Below, piece after piece: positions 47,913-61,947 of a DNA stretch of 64,000 nucleotides (positions within the stretch are counted from its first letter, which is position 1; the number at the start of each line of letters is the position of its first letter). This DNA is from Hormiphora californensis (taxonomy: Eukaryota > Animalia > Ctenophora): positions 6,076,001 to 6,140,000 of the forward strand of contig CM035353.1 in assembly GCA_020137815.1 (NCBI GenBank), written 5' to 3'. The notes below the pieces were generated by a model. That model did not search any database. It had not been told where the DNA came from and was given only the letters and a program-made list of their open reading frames with translations. The position numbers and the translations under genes are program-made.

Positions 47913-50900
47913 TGGTATTGAAGTTAGAAACATCAAAGTCGACTTAAGTCCAAATACAAAACCAACACCGATATTCAGAAACACGGAGCGGTCGACCAGG
48001 TTAATATATTAATAAATTAATAATAAACTAAAGATTGAATTTATAAACTAACTTGATGATAATCATAGTAATAATAGTGTATCACATAGCCACAGATGAT
48101 AATTCTATGGGGCTACAGAAACTACATGTTCCTGGTGTACTGACCCGTAGGGTATGTGGGGAGGGTCACAGAATGAGGGGAAATCTGTATAAAAGTCTAG
48201 ATTTGGCGATTACGACATATATTTTCTGGAAGGAAAGAGGAGACGACGGAATATGAGAAGGTCTGGGATTCTTTAGAAAATGTTCTCTGTGAAGTTAAAC
48301 CTCCAGCCACCTCCTCCATTTCGAAAGCCAGGATTTACTATTCATTTGAAGAGGAAGTTCGACAAAAGTGGATCGTGTGCAGTCCATTGTTCCGGTGGGA
48401 TTCTGTCCACAGCACTGTGAAGCATCAGGGGCAAATGACCGAGAATCTTCTCCCGGTAATTGGCTCCTATCAGGCTCATAACCCTTGGGGATGACTACTG
48501 GGACGCCTTGGCCAACCCGCTCATATTCGACACACAGCACCGGACCACCAGAAGGCGAAGCACTAGCTGGTCGACTGGTTGGGCATAACAGTTATGTCCA
48601 TTGATTACGTAGAAGACGCCTTAGTAATATGTTACATATTATCAGGAGGATGATTTAATGGAGGAAACAAAGAAAAATGAAAAAACAAAAGATGAATAAT
48701 TCGGAGCGTGGTGGATCACGACTCCACCTCCCATCGCAATGTGTGATTTTACTGATTGACTTTTTATTTGAAATATTTATTGTTTATTTGAGTGAGTGAT
48801 TTTAAGATTTATTTATTTATTACTAACCCCAACACCGGGGGCAAATGATCGAACCCAATGTGAATGAGACTCATCGCGATTAACTCTTCATACGGTAAAC
48901 GGTTACCCCCTTTCTCTCTTCGGCAGCTTCTCTTGGGCTGTCGGAAAGTGATGCCAATCGGTGTTGGGGTTAGTGAATTTTCGTGGATCATATTATCCCA
49001 TTATGTAGGTTTGAAGGAAGTATATAGTGAAGACGATCCCCAGTATGGGATAGTGTGCACACTTAAAAATGGGTCAATGATCCCTGAACGGCCTAATTTG
49101 GTAACGGGATGCGTCCTTAAATCGGCCACGGCCTGCGGCTTATGCCCTGGACAGTCTGCGGACTTAAAAATAAGAAAAAATAAAGTGAATACCCAGTTGT
49201 TGGAAAATAATTTGAAAAATTTATATGTGGGGGTGGTACTGATCACTTCTATAAAGACTATTATAAGCCTTAGAGAGCACTGGTGAGTAATTAACTAATT
49301 AGATAGTTATTATAATAAGATTATCATAAAACTATAATTTGTTGATCAATTGAGACATGCTAAAGTACCACCTCCTCCACTTCGAACGCCAGGATTACAT
49401 TTGAATAGGAAGATCGAAAAAATGGATCGTGTACAGTCCATTGGTGTTCAATGTTCATCAAGACGTCCAAGATGAAGTTTAACCAGGTCATGTAGAAACT
49501 AGCTGCCCGACATTGGATAATGGATTATGATCCACAACCAGGACGTCAAATGGGACCAGCCCAATGGCAGAAAACACACCACATTCTTTCCCGGTTGAAA
49601 ATCAATCGAGTACCGGATTTGCGGCAATAAAGACTGTAATAAAAAAAGATCAACTGTTCCGGTGGGATTCTGTCCACAGCACTGTGAAGGTTGTAATAAG
49701 GTGATAGGGGCTTCAGAAACTGATGCTAAATTCCATTACACGGACTTGATAGGGATGTCATCGAGATTCACCCGGTAATTGGATCCTACCATGCTAATTT
49801 GTCGGAGATCGATACAGCCTACAAGTTTGATAAGGAAATGGACAACAAAGTTGTCACACGAAAACAAATTGAGTACCGGATTTGTGCATGTGACGGTGCC
49901 AGAAAAACCGTGAGGAATTAAAGGATTCAACCGAACCGTTTACCTACATTTCGGAACTATGTTTTTACTAAGTTTATCTCAGATGAAGAGCACGATATTT
50001 GGTGGCGATGAGTTAACCAACCAGTGAATAATCAAAAAACAAGTGAACCAGTATAAAATAGTCGCCAAATAAGTTTTTTCAGTAAAAAGGGAATAGACTC
50101 CAAAGAAGAGGAGGTCAATGAGCATAATTGACTCTTTGTTTGTCGACCCCCCCCCCCTGTACTGGTTAGAATATTGATGAACCCGGGTTTTGGGAACTAA
50201 AAACCCTGTTCACCAAGGCTGCCCCAGGCTATGTAGAGACATGGCAAACCAACATGACATCAAATGGGATCATCCTCGGACGGTAGAGAATGCATCACCT
50301 TCGTGCGGATCCATTCTTTTCCGGTTGACGTAATGCAGAGACCAGAGTTCGTGCCGGGATGAAGAGAAAATTTGGCGATGACGTGGCAAGGAAACGACTG
50401 TACCACGAGCCCCGCTTCCTAAAAAAGGCAGCCAGGATTGAACAGAATGAAGTGCCGGAGGATGGGTTCTTCGATAAAGAATGGGTGAACAACCTCATAG
50501 CAGCAGCAGCCACACGGTTCGCTATGAAGCCCTCTGTTATTAGAGAGACTCTGAGAAAACACATTGTATACATGCGAGGAAAGGGGGAAGAAGAAATAAT
50601 TTGAGAGAATCTGAGTTAACTTATTATTATTAAAAAAGTAAAATACCGAGTTTTAAGTTTAAATGTTTCAGTTTTACAAATGTTCACATTTGAACGGAAG
50701 AAAAGGATAATCAGTAAATCGGCCCATTGCCCTAACTTACATAGAATTCATCTGCGCCAGGGATCGTTATGGACGTCCAAGCGGGATGCATAGGATAAAT
50801 AAAACTAGTGATGCGGTGAGTGTAAATTACGAGGTAAATTGAATGTTTTACCATCTTTGTCTTACATAACTAACCTCTCATCGGGCTACCAGGAGCTGGA

Positions 50901-53431
50901 TTCGGGTGTACATATAATGCTCACTGATCACTTTGTCACTCACTCATTCAGATATGGTGAACCGGACGAGGGGAGGGGAGGGGGAACAGCTGGAGGGGAG
51001 GGGGGAGGGTCAGTTCGGATAGGGAGGGACCTGGGCCTGACCCCCTCCAGTTGTATTATGGGGCTATCATACGTGAATTAGCCGAGGGCCAGCGAGGAGG
51101 TTGGGGGGAGATAATAATCACCAAACACCCTAATCCCATATATACAGTCACTGCCCACTTTGTCATTCACTCACTCATTCAGATATGGTAAACCATAAAC
51201 GAGGGAGGGGGAAGCGAAGGGTCAATTCGGATGGGGAGTGAGTTATAGGGCTGCCCCTCCTCTAGATCTTTTATGGGGTAATGATAAGGGAAATAGCGGA
51301 GGAGGCGGGCCTGGACAAATGTAATTATTCATATTTCTCTGCATTTCTTGACAATAATATTGAGATCCGTTTATTTTATGAGAAAATAGCACATCTTGAA
51401 AAGAAATGAGCATCATCTGCTGGCCCATCCCCCACAGATGTGCTCTACAGGGGTGATGTCATAATTGTTAGAAATGCAACATGAGTTACCCAGGGGTATT
51501 GATAGGTAAAACTAGTGATGCGGTGACTGTAAATTACGAGGTAAATTGAATGTTTTACCATCTGTGTCTTACATAACTAACCTCTCATCGGGCTACCAGG
51601 AGCTGGATGGAGGCCCCATTTTTTTATAACAGATTAAGAAGAATATAAATAAAACCCGGCTCACTGTAATGTTGATTATAAACATAAATGTCCCCCACTT
51701 ACGCTTCCAACATCTGGTTAGCAATCCCGAGAATAAAGACAGGAGCAAAAGCCGAGGCTTTCAAAACATCCCTTGAAGCACTTGATAGGACGAGAGAAAA
51801 TTAGGCACCAAAACCGACTAGTTGACAGTGCTGATCTACTCACAAGAAGCACTGCACAGTCGGCTAGCAATGCTTTGAACAACAAGAGCCTGCAAAGATG
51901 TAATTCTGTTGTAATGATATGGACGCATCAACTTCATTACGAACAGGGTAATCAATTGAAAATGTTTCCTCAAAAAACAACAAATTACCGAGGGCTCTGA
52001 GTGCCGCCTTTGCTCTCTCGAACATACACATCTTTTGCCAGTTGCACGGTGTTGACCATAATTTTCTTATCTCTTTGTAATTTTCATTTGCTGTTGTAAA
52101 CGTTGTAAAACTATTATTTGAACATCTTATTTGATTCATTTGTCTGCTGATTTTCCTTTGACATTCATTTGACGTTTTGTAACAAGAAATTAAATTGCTT
52201 AGATTCATACGTATATTTTTTTGTTTATTCAATAAAGTCGGACTACGCTTTTTGTTCTTGAAAACTATGCTTTTCGGCGGGAATTGATAATTTTGTGGTT
52301 CACTGTTGGACTCTCATTTTCTTTCTGTCGCAATGTTATCTTCAATCAAGAGTGGAGACTGCCCAAGGGAAACCTTTTCGTGAAGAGTATGAGCATAAAG
52401 AGAGTTATAGGAAACGAGGGACTTCTAAACGATAATGACGCATCAAACACGTTAAATTGACCTTTATTATATTTTGAACTATGATACAATTTATAGTAAA
52501 AGAATTTTCTATTGGTATTAATCATCTTGTGTGTGTTAGACCAGTACTGATTTTCAGCCTGCGACTTCATTTTTCTTCATTTTCTCATCTTTTAGGGTAT
52601 TGATATTTCCGATTTTCACCCTACAATGGAACACATGCCACTGAAAAGATCTTTGTGATCGAAACATTTGTTTGGAACCAACTTGTTTTAATTTGGTAAT
52701 GCTATTTACTGTTTTATTTATTGTTTCCATTGGAAGACGAATATTTTTTTTCAGGTTACCATCTTTTTTTCTGATGATTGTTTTCGCCTTAACCCTTTGG
52801 GACCGATAGTGGCGCCATCGACAAAAATGTCTGAAAATTGCTGGAGACACTCCTAACAAGCCTATTTGAAAGCAGAACCAAAAAACTCGCCCCTATGAAC
52901 TTTGTTTCTGTGGGGTCACCAGTGACCCTATCGGTCTTAAATGGAATGCAAACATTTCACTGCCACAGTGTGGAATAAAGCTTGTTTTCGGGCTCTGTCA
53001 GGAATCTTTTATTGTTTTTCATGCTTTATTTGCATTCTGTGATTAGATGCATGATTATGCTCCGGTCTTTACATGGTACAGGTACTCTGGGGTCATCTGT
53101 GACCCTATCGGCTGAGGTGCGCGCTGGCAATTATTACAAGATATATCATTTCTAGGATAAAAACTCCATAACTGGCTACCAAATTAGTACTTTTATAGTT
53201 AAATTTATTGCATATCAGGACTTTAGAGCAGTATTTGTATTCTTGGGGTCATCTACGACCCTATCGGATGGAAAGAGCTTTATGAAGGAGCAACTTAACA
53301 TAGCCGTTAGAACGTAACCGTTTGCAGTGTATATATACTGAAACCATCCAACGCACCCACTACCCATCCCAACCGAAAATTAAAGCCATTAATCACCAAT
53401 TCACTAACTTCCACTCACTTTCACTGTAGCA

Positions 53432-55852
53432 ATGGCCGGTCGAAAGATCACGCTGAAGTTTGATGTGTCTGGGAAATGTCAAACAGATATAGTCGCTTTA
53501 TTATCGGAGATAACATCTGGAGATGAGGAAGAGATCGACAACCTTGTTGTAGACTCCGACACAGAGTTCGAAGCTGTTGATAGGAACGCAGAAGACGTTA
53601 TCGAGGATGAACCAATGTTTGATCCGATCCATGATCGCCAAGATAATCTCAACAAAAGTCTGGCAAGTTCACAAGAAGAGGAAATGGAATATTCGCTAGA
53701 CGCAGTTGTCAAGAAATCGCGGATAGACTTTCAGCCTCCAGCTGAACCTATAAACGACGACGATGTCGCATCTGGAGCAGCAGCATATCCTGATAATGCA
53801 TCTGCCTCTGTTACACGACGTAGTACACGGAGCAAATCTTCGGCAGAGTCTCCAAAGATACCTCTCCCACCTCTTAATCATCAAGTATTACCAGCAAAAG
53901 TACTGAAGATTACTAACTCAAACAAGAAGTCAAACACGAAAAAGACGCCAGCGACTGTAAAAAAAGAGGAAACCGTAAAAAAAGAGGAAGATGTAGATCG
54001 CGAGCCGATTCAGAAGATGAAGTGGGATCACGAAGATATCGAGTGGCGACCGATCATACCCAATCCTTCGGTAACAGTGGTGCTCCGCCATACCGCGAAA
54101 TATTTTATGAATGCCTATCTAAATGTGGCGTTATGACGGAGCACCATATATGGAACTGTCATAAAATGTTCATTATTTGGGAACACAGTTAATTATTTCA
54201 CTTAACTCTGAGTCTTTCCACACAGGGTCGAGCCAGGTTCACAGCACCTAGCTGTAGTTTGCCAGATCAAGTGGAATTCAATTTTCCAATCGATGTAAAG
54301 GATATGTCTGTTGCTGATTTTGTGGTATGGTTTCTTGACTTGGATGATCTATTTTTCCACATTGCCAAAGAAAGCGTTCGGTAGGTTCACTTCACTTCAC
54401 TCCACTTCACTTCACTTCATTTCACTTCACTTCACTTCACTTCACTTCACTTCACTTCACTTCACTTCACTTCACTTCACTTCACTTCACTTCACTTCAC
54501 TTCACTTCACTTCACTTCACTTCACTTCACTTAGGTACGGCATACAGAAGGGAGTGAAGGGTTTCGCAGTGACGGCACTCGAGATAAAGGTTTTTCATGG
54601 ACTAATTCTCGGTATGAACATTATGCCCTTACCAAATCTAAGAGATTACTGGAGGACCGATATCTTTGGAGTGGAGTGGGTTAAGTCAATTATGACTCGA
54701 GACAGGTTTTTGGAAATCCTGCGAATGTTGCATTTCAACAATAATCTAGTGAATTCTGGAGATAAGGCGCACAAGATCAGGCCACTTCTCACTCATTGGA
54801 ACACTGTGTACCAGCGGTATGCCAAATCGTGCAAAAACAATTCTGTGGATGAGCACATGACCAAGTTTAAGGGGCACCATTCAATGAGGCAGTATCTCAA
54901 AGATAAGCCCATTAAGTGGGGGTTTAAAAGCTGGGTCAGATGTTGTTCTAAGACCGGTTACATTTATCAATTGAAACTATATCAAGGCAAGCAATCTGGT
55001 CCGCCATCAGAGTTTGGGTTGGGTGGAGATGTAGTTTTGGCTATGACATCCAGTCTGGCATTCACGAACGCGAGAGTTTACGCTGATAATTATTTCAGTT
55101 CCGTCCAGCTAGTTCGGGAACTCCGATCACGAGGTATCTTTTATACTGGGACCATTCGAAAGGGACGAAAGGGGTTACCAGACTTTACTGCTGACAAGAT
55201 CATGAAGAAGACTCGTGGCAGTATCGATTCGTATGTTGATGCTGATAATGGAATTGCAGTATTGAAGTGGTACGACAACAGAGCAGTGCATGTTATTTCT
55301 TCTGAAAACTCGTGCCATGATACCGGCAATGTGGCTAGACGTCAGAAGGGTACTTCACAAAAGCTTCCTGTTCAATGCCCAATTGTCATCAAAAGCTATA
55401 ACAACCACATGGGTGGAGTGGACAAATCTGACCAAATGGTATCTACCCGTATATGGGACAGAAAATCTCCGGCTAAGTTCTATCTGAGGCTACACTTTGA
55501 TTATCTAGAGCAGGCCCTGGTTAATGCTAAAATAGCGTATGAGCAATGTGTTTGTCCAGGAACATTTATCTCGTCGAAAGATTTCCGGATTGCTCTTGTT
55601 AAGGAACTTGTTGGCGACTTTTCATCAAGAGAAAGGACCCAGCCCTCTTTACCAAAGATAACAAACTTTGCTAAACCCTGCCATCTTCCTATCCACCTTG
55701 GCATAAGGAAAAGATGTGAAGAGTGTAAGAAGGAGAAGGGAACCAATGCACCCAAAGCGACATGGGGCTGCAATGCGGTGGGCTGTGCCAACCTTGTATT
55801 TTGTCTGACCCCTGATCGCAACTGTTATGTCAAATACCACAGCCGCAAGTAG
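53432..55852 (+). CDS. piggyBac DDD transposase, 703 aa (exons 53432-54070, 54226-54380, 54535-55852)
   Basis: GT-AG splicing gives an uninterrupted 2112-nt frame. SVDEHM, YADNYFSS and MGGVDKSD triad, KPIKWGFK motif, C-terminal Cys-rich domain. Confidence 0.9.
54386..54532. repeat. (CACTT)n microsatellite filling transposase intron 2
   Basis: Direct reading, bounded by GTAGGT and TTAG. Confidence 0.95.
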
Positions 55853-58329
55853 ATAACCAGTAGCGATCACTCAACAGTGTTGAGTCAACACTCTATTATA
55901 ATAATAGTGTTGAGACTGAGTGTTTTGAATATTTTCTATCATTTGTAACTCAGTTTATAATTCATATCACATTATTTAACCTTGTGACTTTTTTATTGTC
56001 AATTCCATGCCCTAAACCCTCGATTAAAACCCTATCATAAAAACGGTTATCTTTGGTTGCTCATTCATAAAGCTCTTCCTAACCGATAGGGTCGTAGATG
56101 ACCCCAGGAATACAAACACTGCTCTAAAGTCCTGATATGCAATAAATTTAACTATAAAAGTACTAATTTGGTAGCCAGCTATGGAGTTTTTATCCTAGAA
56201 ATGATACATTTTGTAATAATTGCCAGCGCGCACCTCAGCCGATAGGGTCACAGATGACCCCAGAGTACCTGTACCATGTAAAGACCGGAGCATAATCATG
56301 CATCTAATCACAGAATGCAAATTCAGTATGAAAAACCATTAACGATTCTTTTACTACTATCTCACAGAGCCCAAAAACGAGGTTTATTCCACAATTTGGC
56401 AGTGAAATGTTTGCATTCCATTTGAGACCGATAGGGTCACTGGTGACCCCGGCATTATTTGCCCTCTGAGCGTTGTAAATTTGATCAAATCAGCACGAAA
56501 CTTCATACCGGGGTAAAACCTATGGGTTTCTTTTGATTTGTAGGTCCATTATTGGCTTACTCATACCATTTTAGAGATATGGCCAATTTTACACCAAAAT
56601 TTCAACTTTTATGGCTTAGAGTTGGCATTTCTAGCAAACTAAGATGTTCAAAGCTTAAAATGACCCCAAAAACTGCCAAAAAGTGTCTATTCTAACCCGA
56701 GAAACCATTTAAACTTCTTATATTTAGTTGGGACAGACGCTAGATGCATAATTAGCGTGGGGTCACTTGTGACCCTATCGGTTCCAAAGGGTTAAACTAT
56801 AAATGATAAAATATCTTGCACTTATTATATGGTATGTAATTAATCCCGATATGATTCATGGAGCAGACGATTCTGTATCGGAAAGAGATTGGTATCCACC
56901 ATGGGTGGCATGTGTCAGGAACCAGTCTCGATAACGATTCTTTCAGTGGTTCGTTTTTGACCCGAAGAACCCCATCTGTATTTGTAAATGGACGATGACG
57001 AGGAATATCATGTTAATCCGGGACAACTTCTTGCTTGTGCTGTTGCAGTATGAACAATACAACTTCTTGCAGAACCGAATTATGTGGAGGATGATTGTAA
57101 TGCACTTGAAGAGAGTTGGCTGATGCAGGCATTTGCAGGCATTTGCATTACCCAGAAGAGAAGAATTCAAGGAACCGGAAAGGAGAAATATTATCATTTA
57201 TCCATTCCACATACAACAAGCATGTCACACGTGATGGCCTTGGTGGAGGCGCAGGCGTAGGCCGTCGTGGCAGAGCGGCCCGGGCCCGTCCGCAGGAAGG
57301 CCGCACAAGCGGGAAAAGACTGAGGAGGAGGGCAGGAGGTGTCACTCCTGCGGGAAACGGGGGCATGAGTGGAGGGTGAGTTCACGAAATAAATAGTTCA
57401 TACCATCCATCCCGGTCCATCTACCGACCGATATATACAAAATTTATACATTTACATTGTGCATTTTTTTTGTCATTGAAATAATATGATTGTGTTCTTG
57501 TTATCTAAATAACTCGTGATTTAGATTTCAAAGGAAGTAAAAAATCCTCAACGTGAGGTAGTGTGCACACTTAAAAATGGGGCACTGACCTCTGAATAGC
57601 CATCATTGGTAACAGGATGCCTCCTAAAACATATAACATCTGCGGCAAAGGCCCTGGAAAGTCTTCTCTCCACCCTCAGTTTCTTTTCGAAGTTTTTGAA
57701 AACTTCTACCGCCCCAAACCCTCCCCCATTCATTCAAATAGATAACTTAAAGTTGTTTCTATGACAGAGAGATAGTTTCTATGACGAAAAAAGTTGTTCT
57801 AGAGGCGTGGCCTCTCAGAAAAGAAGGACAAACTGAGATTATCTTGTTCAGATACAAAACAGTACCCGTACACAAAGGTTTGTGTTAGTTGCATTTCATC
57901 ACGCACACTGATACACTGTTAGCTGCTAACTAGCACATTAGTGAAAATAGTATTAATATGTGAAAATAGTATTAATATGTCTAGCGACTAGCATGTTTTA
58001 GCTCGATTTTCAAAAACATGCTAGAGATAGGGGTGTGTGGTAAATGCCCGGTAAATGGGTGATTTTGGAATTTCGATACACCTACTCTAGGGCATTTTCC
58101 ATGGACATATTTAGGAAGCTGGATACCGGTGGAACGGTCTGATTTTGAAAATATAATAATATTATTAAGTAGTTCCTGGGTTCCAGGTGTAATTTATATG
58201 GGAAACCCTAGTGGTAGTGACTATACATGGTCGAGATTAGCATTTAGCAGCCCTGGCAACACTAAAGAAACAGTTTGATGGTAGCAGTCCACTTTGCTGA
58301 ACATGTTGCCGAAAAGTTGGGAAAGAAGA

Positions 58330-58800
58330 GTGAGATCTTCTGGGTATGGGACGGGGCCCATATATGAATGAGCTCAGCTTCAGACACACGTCACACCCTG
58401 AAGGCATTCCCTGAACTGAAGAAAGTGCATGAGGATATGGCGGCAGTGGTCAAGTTTTTCAGGGACCCCAAGATCAATGAGTTGGCCATTGAACTGGCAG
58501 GTAAAGCTGCGGACACCAAAACTTCTGAAAGACCTGAAGTTCCTCCAGCGCGACCTGTCGATCCTGTATGACCTGATGGTCAACTGTACGGAGACGTATG
58601 AGTTCATTCTAACTGAATATCCACGGAGCCAGGTCTTCCTACTCTCCACAAGGTATTGGCTCACGCACCAGAGGTTATGGATAAGGAGAATAAGGGAAGA
58701 GGATTGGGGAATCTCAGTGAGGGGGGGGGGGGGTCTCGAGGCATGCAACAAGCTCCTACGTCGGTACAGGACGAGACTCAGCCGCAAGAAGGGCGGGGAA
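58330..58800 (+). pseudogene. RAG1/Transib-like transposase C-terminal fragment
   Basis: After frameshift correction reads PTLHKVLAHAPEVMDKENKGRGLGNLSE(G)GLEACNKLLRRYRTRLSRK. Confidence 0.7.
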
Positions 58801-60145
58801 AAATGGTATTCCTGATAAATGGTTAATACCAGAAGAAGAATTGATACGGATACTATCTGAACACTGTCCTAAGCTGGGGGTCGGAGCCCGGGTTTGTCAT
58901 GGGGAATTTCTAGTGAGGGTCTGGATAAGTGGTCTGCTGCACATAGCTCCAAATTTCAGCAAAAATACACAGCAGAAACTGCAAACGCTGAGAAGGTATT
59001 TCATATTTCAGGATATAAATACTAGCAAGCTGCATAGGTTGCAAAAGACAACTAATGGTCGACAAAATATTAACAAAATATTATCAACCTAAGTTATAAT
59101 AAAGTTTGAAAATGAAATATGATACTGAGGCCAGATGTTGTCTACAGCCACCCGTAATTGCGAAGATGACCCGTTTACTCCCAGGCCACCCACCTACCAG
59201 GACACCGGACCCACCCAAGACACCGGACCCAAGACACAGAACAGCTATACACTGTTATTTCCAACTACGCCATATAGAATGGACTGTTGACTGTTAATAA
59301 CTACTGATTAATATACCGATCTTTCAGTTAGCCTTTAATTACGTTTATAAAGTCATTTTACCAAACTAAAATATCAGATATGAGAGAGAACTGAGAAACT
59401 ACAAGCTCGAAATATTAAAACATGCCTAAAAGGAACTGAAAATCAGTCAATCACTACGAGACAAGGAACACAAAAAGGCACCAGAACACATACAAACAGG
59501 AGACAAGAAACGACGTTCAGAGGCAAGAAGAGAAACAAGGCAAGAAGGCATTTAGAGAAATGGCGGCAAAATGAGAGGGAGAAGGACCTGCGCGCAGGCA
59601 GCTAAAACTTTGCGCATTGCCTACGCGCCCTGCACTTTTACATCACAAGAGTGTCGGCGCGTTACATACAAGTCAGGAGCGGGAATGGCCCGTCTAAAAT
59701 GAGCGGTATGTCTGTTTCTAAGCACTCGGTGTCGAACAAAACATGTAACTGATTTCAATGGTTTTGCCTTTTAGTTTGGGATATTTACCCTCTCTATAAT
59801 AGCTCAGCTAAGCAAAGCCACATCCGGTGATCTTATTTGCTTTATAAATGAGCTTGGAATCTTTTTTTCAAAAAAGGAGTGCAATTGTTAATAAAGTGGG
59901 AGAGAAACAATTGCCCTCGCCAATATAACTCCACTATCCTCAGTGATATGTTAGAGATCCAATATGGAGGCCGCCCGATTTATGCCAAATCCCCTGACGG
60001 AGGTAAAGAAGCATCAAGCCACATCTTCACCATGGAAAGTGAAAATTAGGGTTCTGCAAGGCTCCAATTACTATTTGAAAGTTCAAAACCTTATTGTTCA
60101 ATTAATCTCGATTTCGTTTCTTTGTTCCTTTGTTTCTGTTGTTCT

Positions 60146-60899
60146 GGGGGGTACGTCACCTTTTATTTTGCCCACTTTTGCCCACATTTGCCCACATGGG
60201 CAAACCAAAATCTCAAAAAACAGGTATAATGTGGGCAAAGTGGGCAAAAAGTGGGCAAAAATATTATAAGCATCAAAACTTTACCAGAAAACCCTCTGTG
60301 ACAAATGTTTTTCACCTCCAATGTCTTTCAAGAGGTCCCCTCTATTGATTCCAGCCGATAATTAATGTACTTACTTATGACTTAGGGTTGATAAGGCTCC
60401 ATGTCCGACTGGACAAAAGTGGGCAAAAAAATTTGGCAAAATTAGGCAAAGGCCAGTGATTTTTCGTCATTTTGGGGCTATTTAGGGAACTGATGCATAA
60501 CAAAGGTTTTCCACTTGCATTGTACTCCAATGGGGTCCCAGAAAAACCAGAAAAATTTTCCACTCCAACCATGTGAGAAACGTGCCTAAAATGACCAATT
60601 TTCCTAATTTTGCCAACATATTTTGCCCATTTTCCCAGTTGGATATGGAGCCTTATCAACCCTGAGCAAATAAATTATCGGTTGGAATCGATAGGGGGGA
60701 CCTCTAGGAGGACATTGGTGGTGAAAAACCTTTGTCACAGACGATTACCTGGTTGATAGCATATATTTTTTATGGATTTAAATTTTTTGCCTACTTTTGC
60801 CTACTTTTGCCCACTTTTGCCCACTTTTGCCCATGTGGGCAAATTCAAAATTTAAGAATAATGTGGGCAGTGGGCAAAAAAAAAGGTGACGACCCCCCC
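60146..60899. mobile_element. Foldback MITE with G-rich termini and 8-bp TSD
   Basis: GGGGGGTACGTCACCTTTT / AAAAGGTGACGACCCCCCC, GTTGTTCT on both sides, internal TTTGCCCAC repeats. Confidence 0.75.
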
Positions 60900-61947
60900 G
60901 TTGTTCTCCAAAACTAAACAATGGGAACAAAGGAACCCCCGAGAAATAAAAACGACTTAGATAATTTCCGGACAGTAGTAATTCTCTCTATATTTTGTAA
61001 ATTATATGCAATAATTCCCACACTCACCCACCCACCCATTCATAGCATTATGTCAACCACCACTACACAATCCACATTGACTTGCCCCTGTGGCAAAACT
61101 TACAAACAGAGGGCAGGACTGAGCCGCCATAAGGCGACTTGCCGCTTTTGAAACGAGAGTTAGTGAGACGAAGTCCGCACCAAGTGATGCTAGTAGTCAA
61201 GACCTAACAGAACTCGTGTTGTTCTTTAAAATATGGACAATGAAAAGCGGACAATAAATGTATATTTGTATTTGTATTATTGGGCAGCAAACCAGAAGAG
61301 AGGACCGGGACCCCATTACACATGTGTGTATGAGCTGCCTCAAAACCTTCATGAGGGCGGACAACAAACGACGCCATGAAGAGAAGTGTGAAGGCAGACT
61401 TAGGAAGAGGCCGAGAAGAAGGAGAAGGAGCAAGAGAAGAGACGGGCACCGGAGGAAGGTCTGCCACCCCTGGACATCAAGGCACTGTGTGCCCCACTGC
61501 TTCACATGCTGCAGGACAAATAATATATTTCATACTGCCCCTTTTTAAACTTGAAAACGGTTTGTTTCATTCATTCAACTCGACTCAAAAACATTTACCA
61601 CAACACCACCTTTCTCTCAATCAACACAGTACATTTCCCATAATATTATGAGTAGCATAAAAAATGGACCGGTTTAGACGAATCTACCGGATAAGATTTA
61701 ACACATTTATTTCGTTGCAGCCGCACGGTATTACGGATGAATGCGGCAGTAGCACCTTCCCCTCCACAACCAGCGCCACTCCAAGTGCAGGTTTATGAGC
61801 TGGAGCCGGCCCGGACAGACCGTCCACCTCCTGGGCCTGGTGCTGATCTCGTCACATCCACGCACCATATATTCTAAGTCACTGTACGGACCTGGAATCG
61901 CTAGAAAAGGTTATATTGATAGTATAAAATTATTAAAATACATATAT

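Larger units (their letters stand above)
52793..56791 (+). mobile_element. Full-length piggyBac transposon (~4.0 kb)
   Basis: TTAA at 52789-52792 and 56792-56795. TIR CCCTTTGG(G/A)ACCGATAG matches at 16/17. Long internal inverted repeats. Confidence 0.95.

Noticed and set aside
48698-48745. tRNA- or SINE-like fragment on the minus strand
   Set aside because: No complete cloverleaf or convincing A/B boxes.
54311-54534. HFTSL-repeat N-terminus of the 513-aa ORF
   Set aside because: Intronic microsatellite; the true upstream exon is in another frame.
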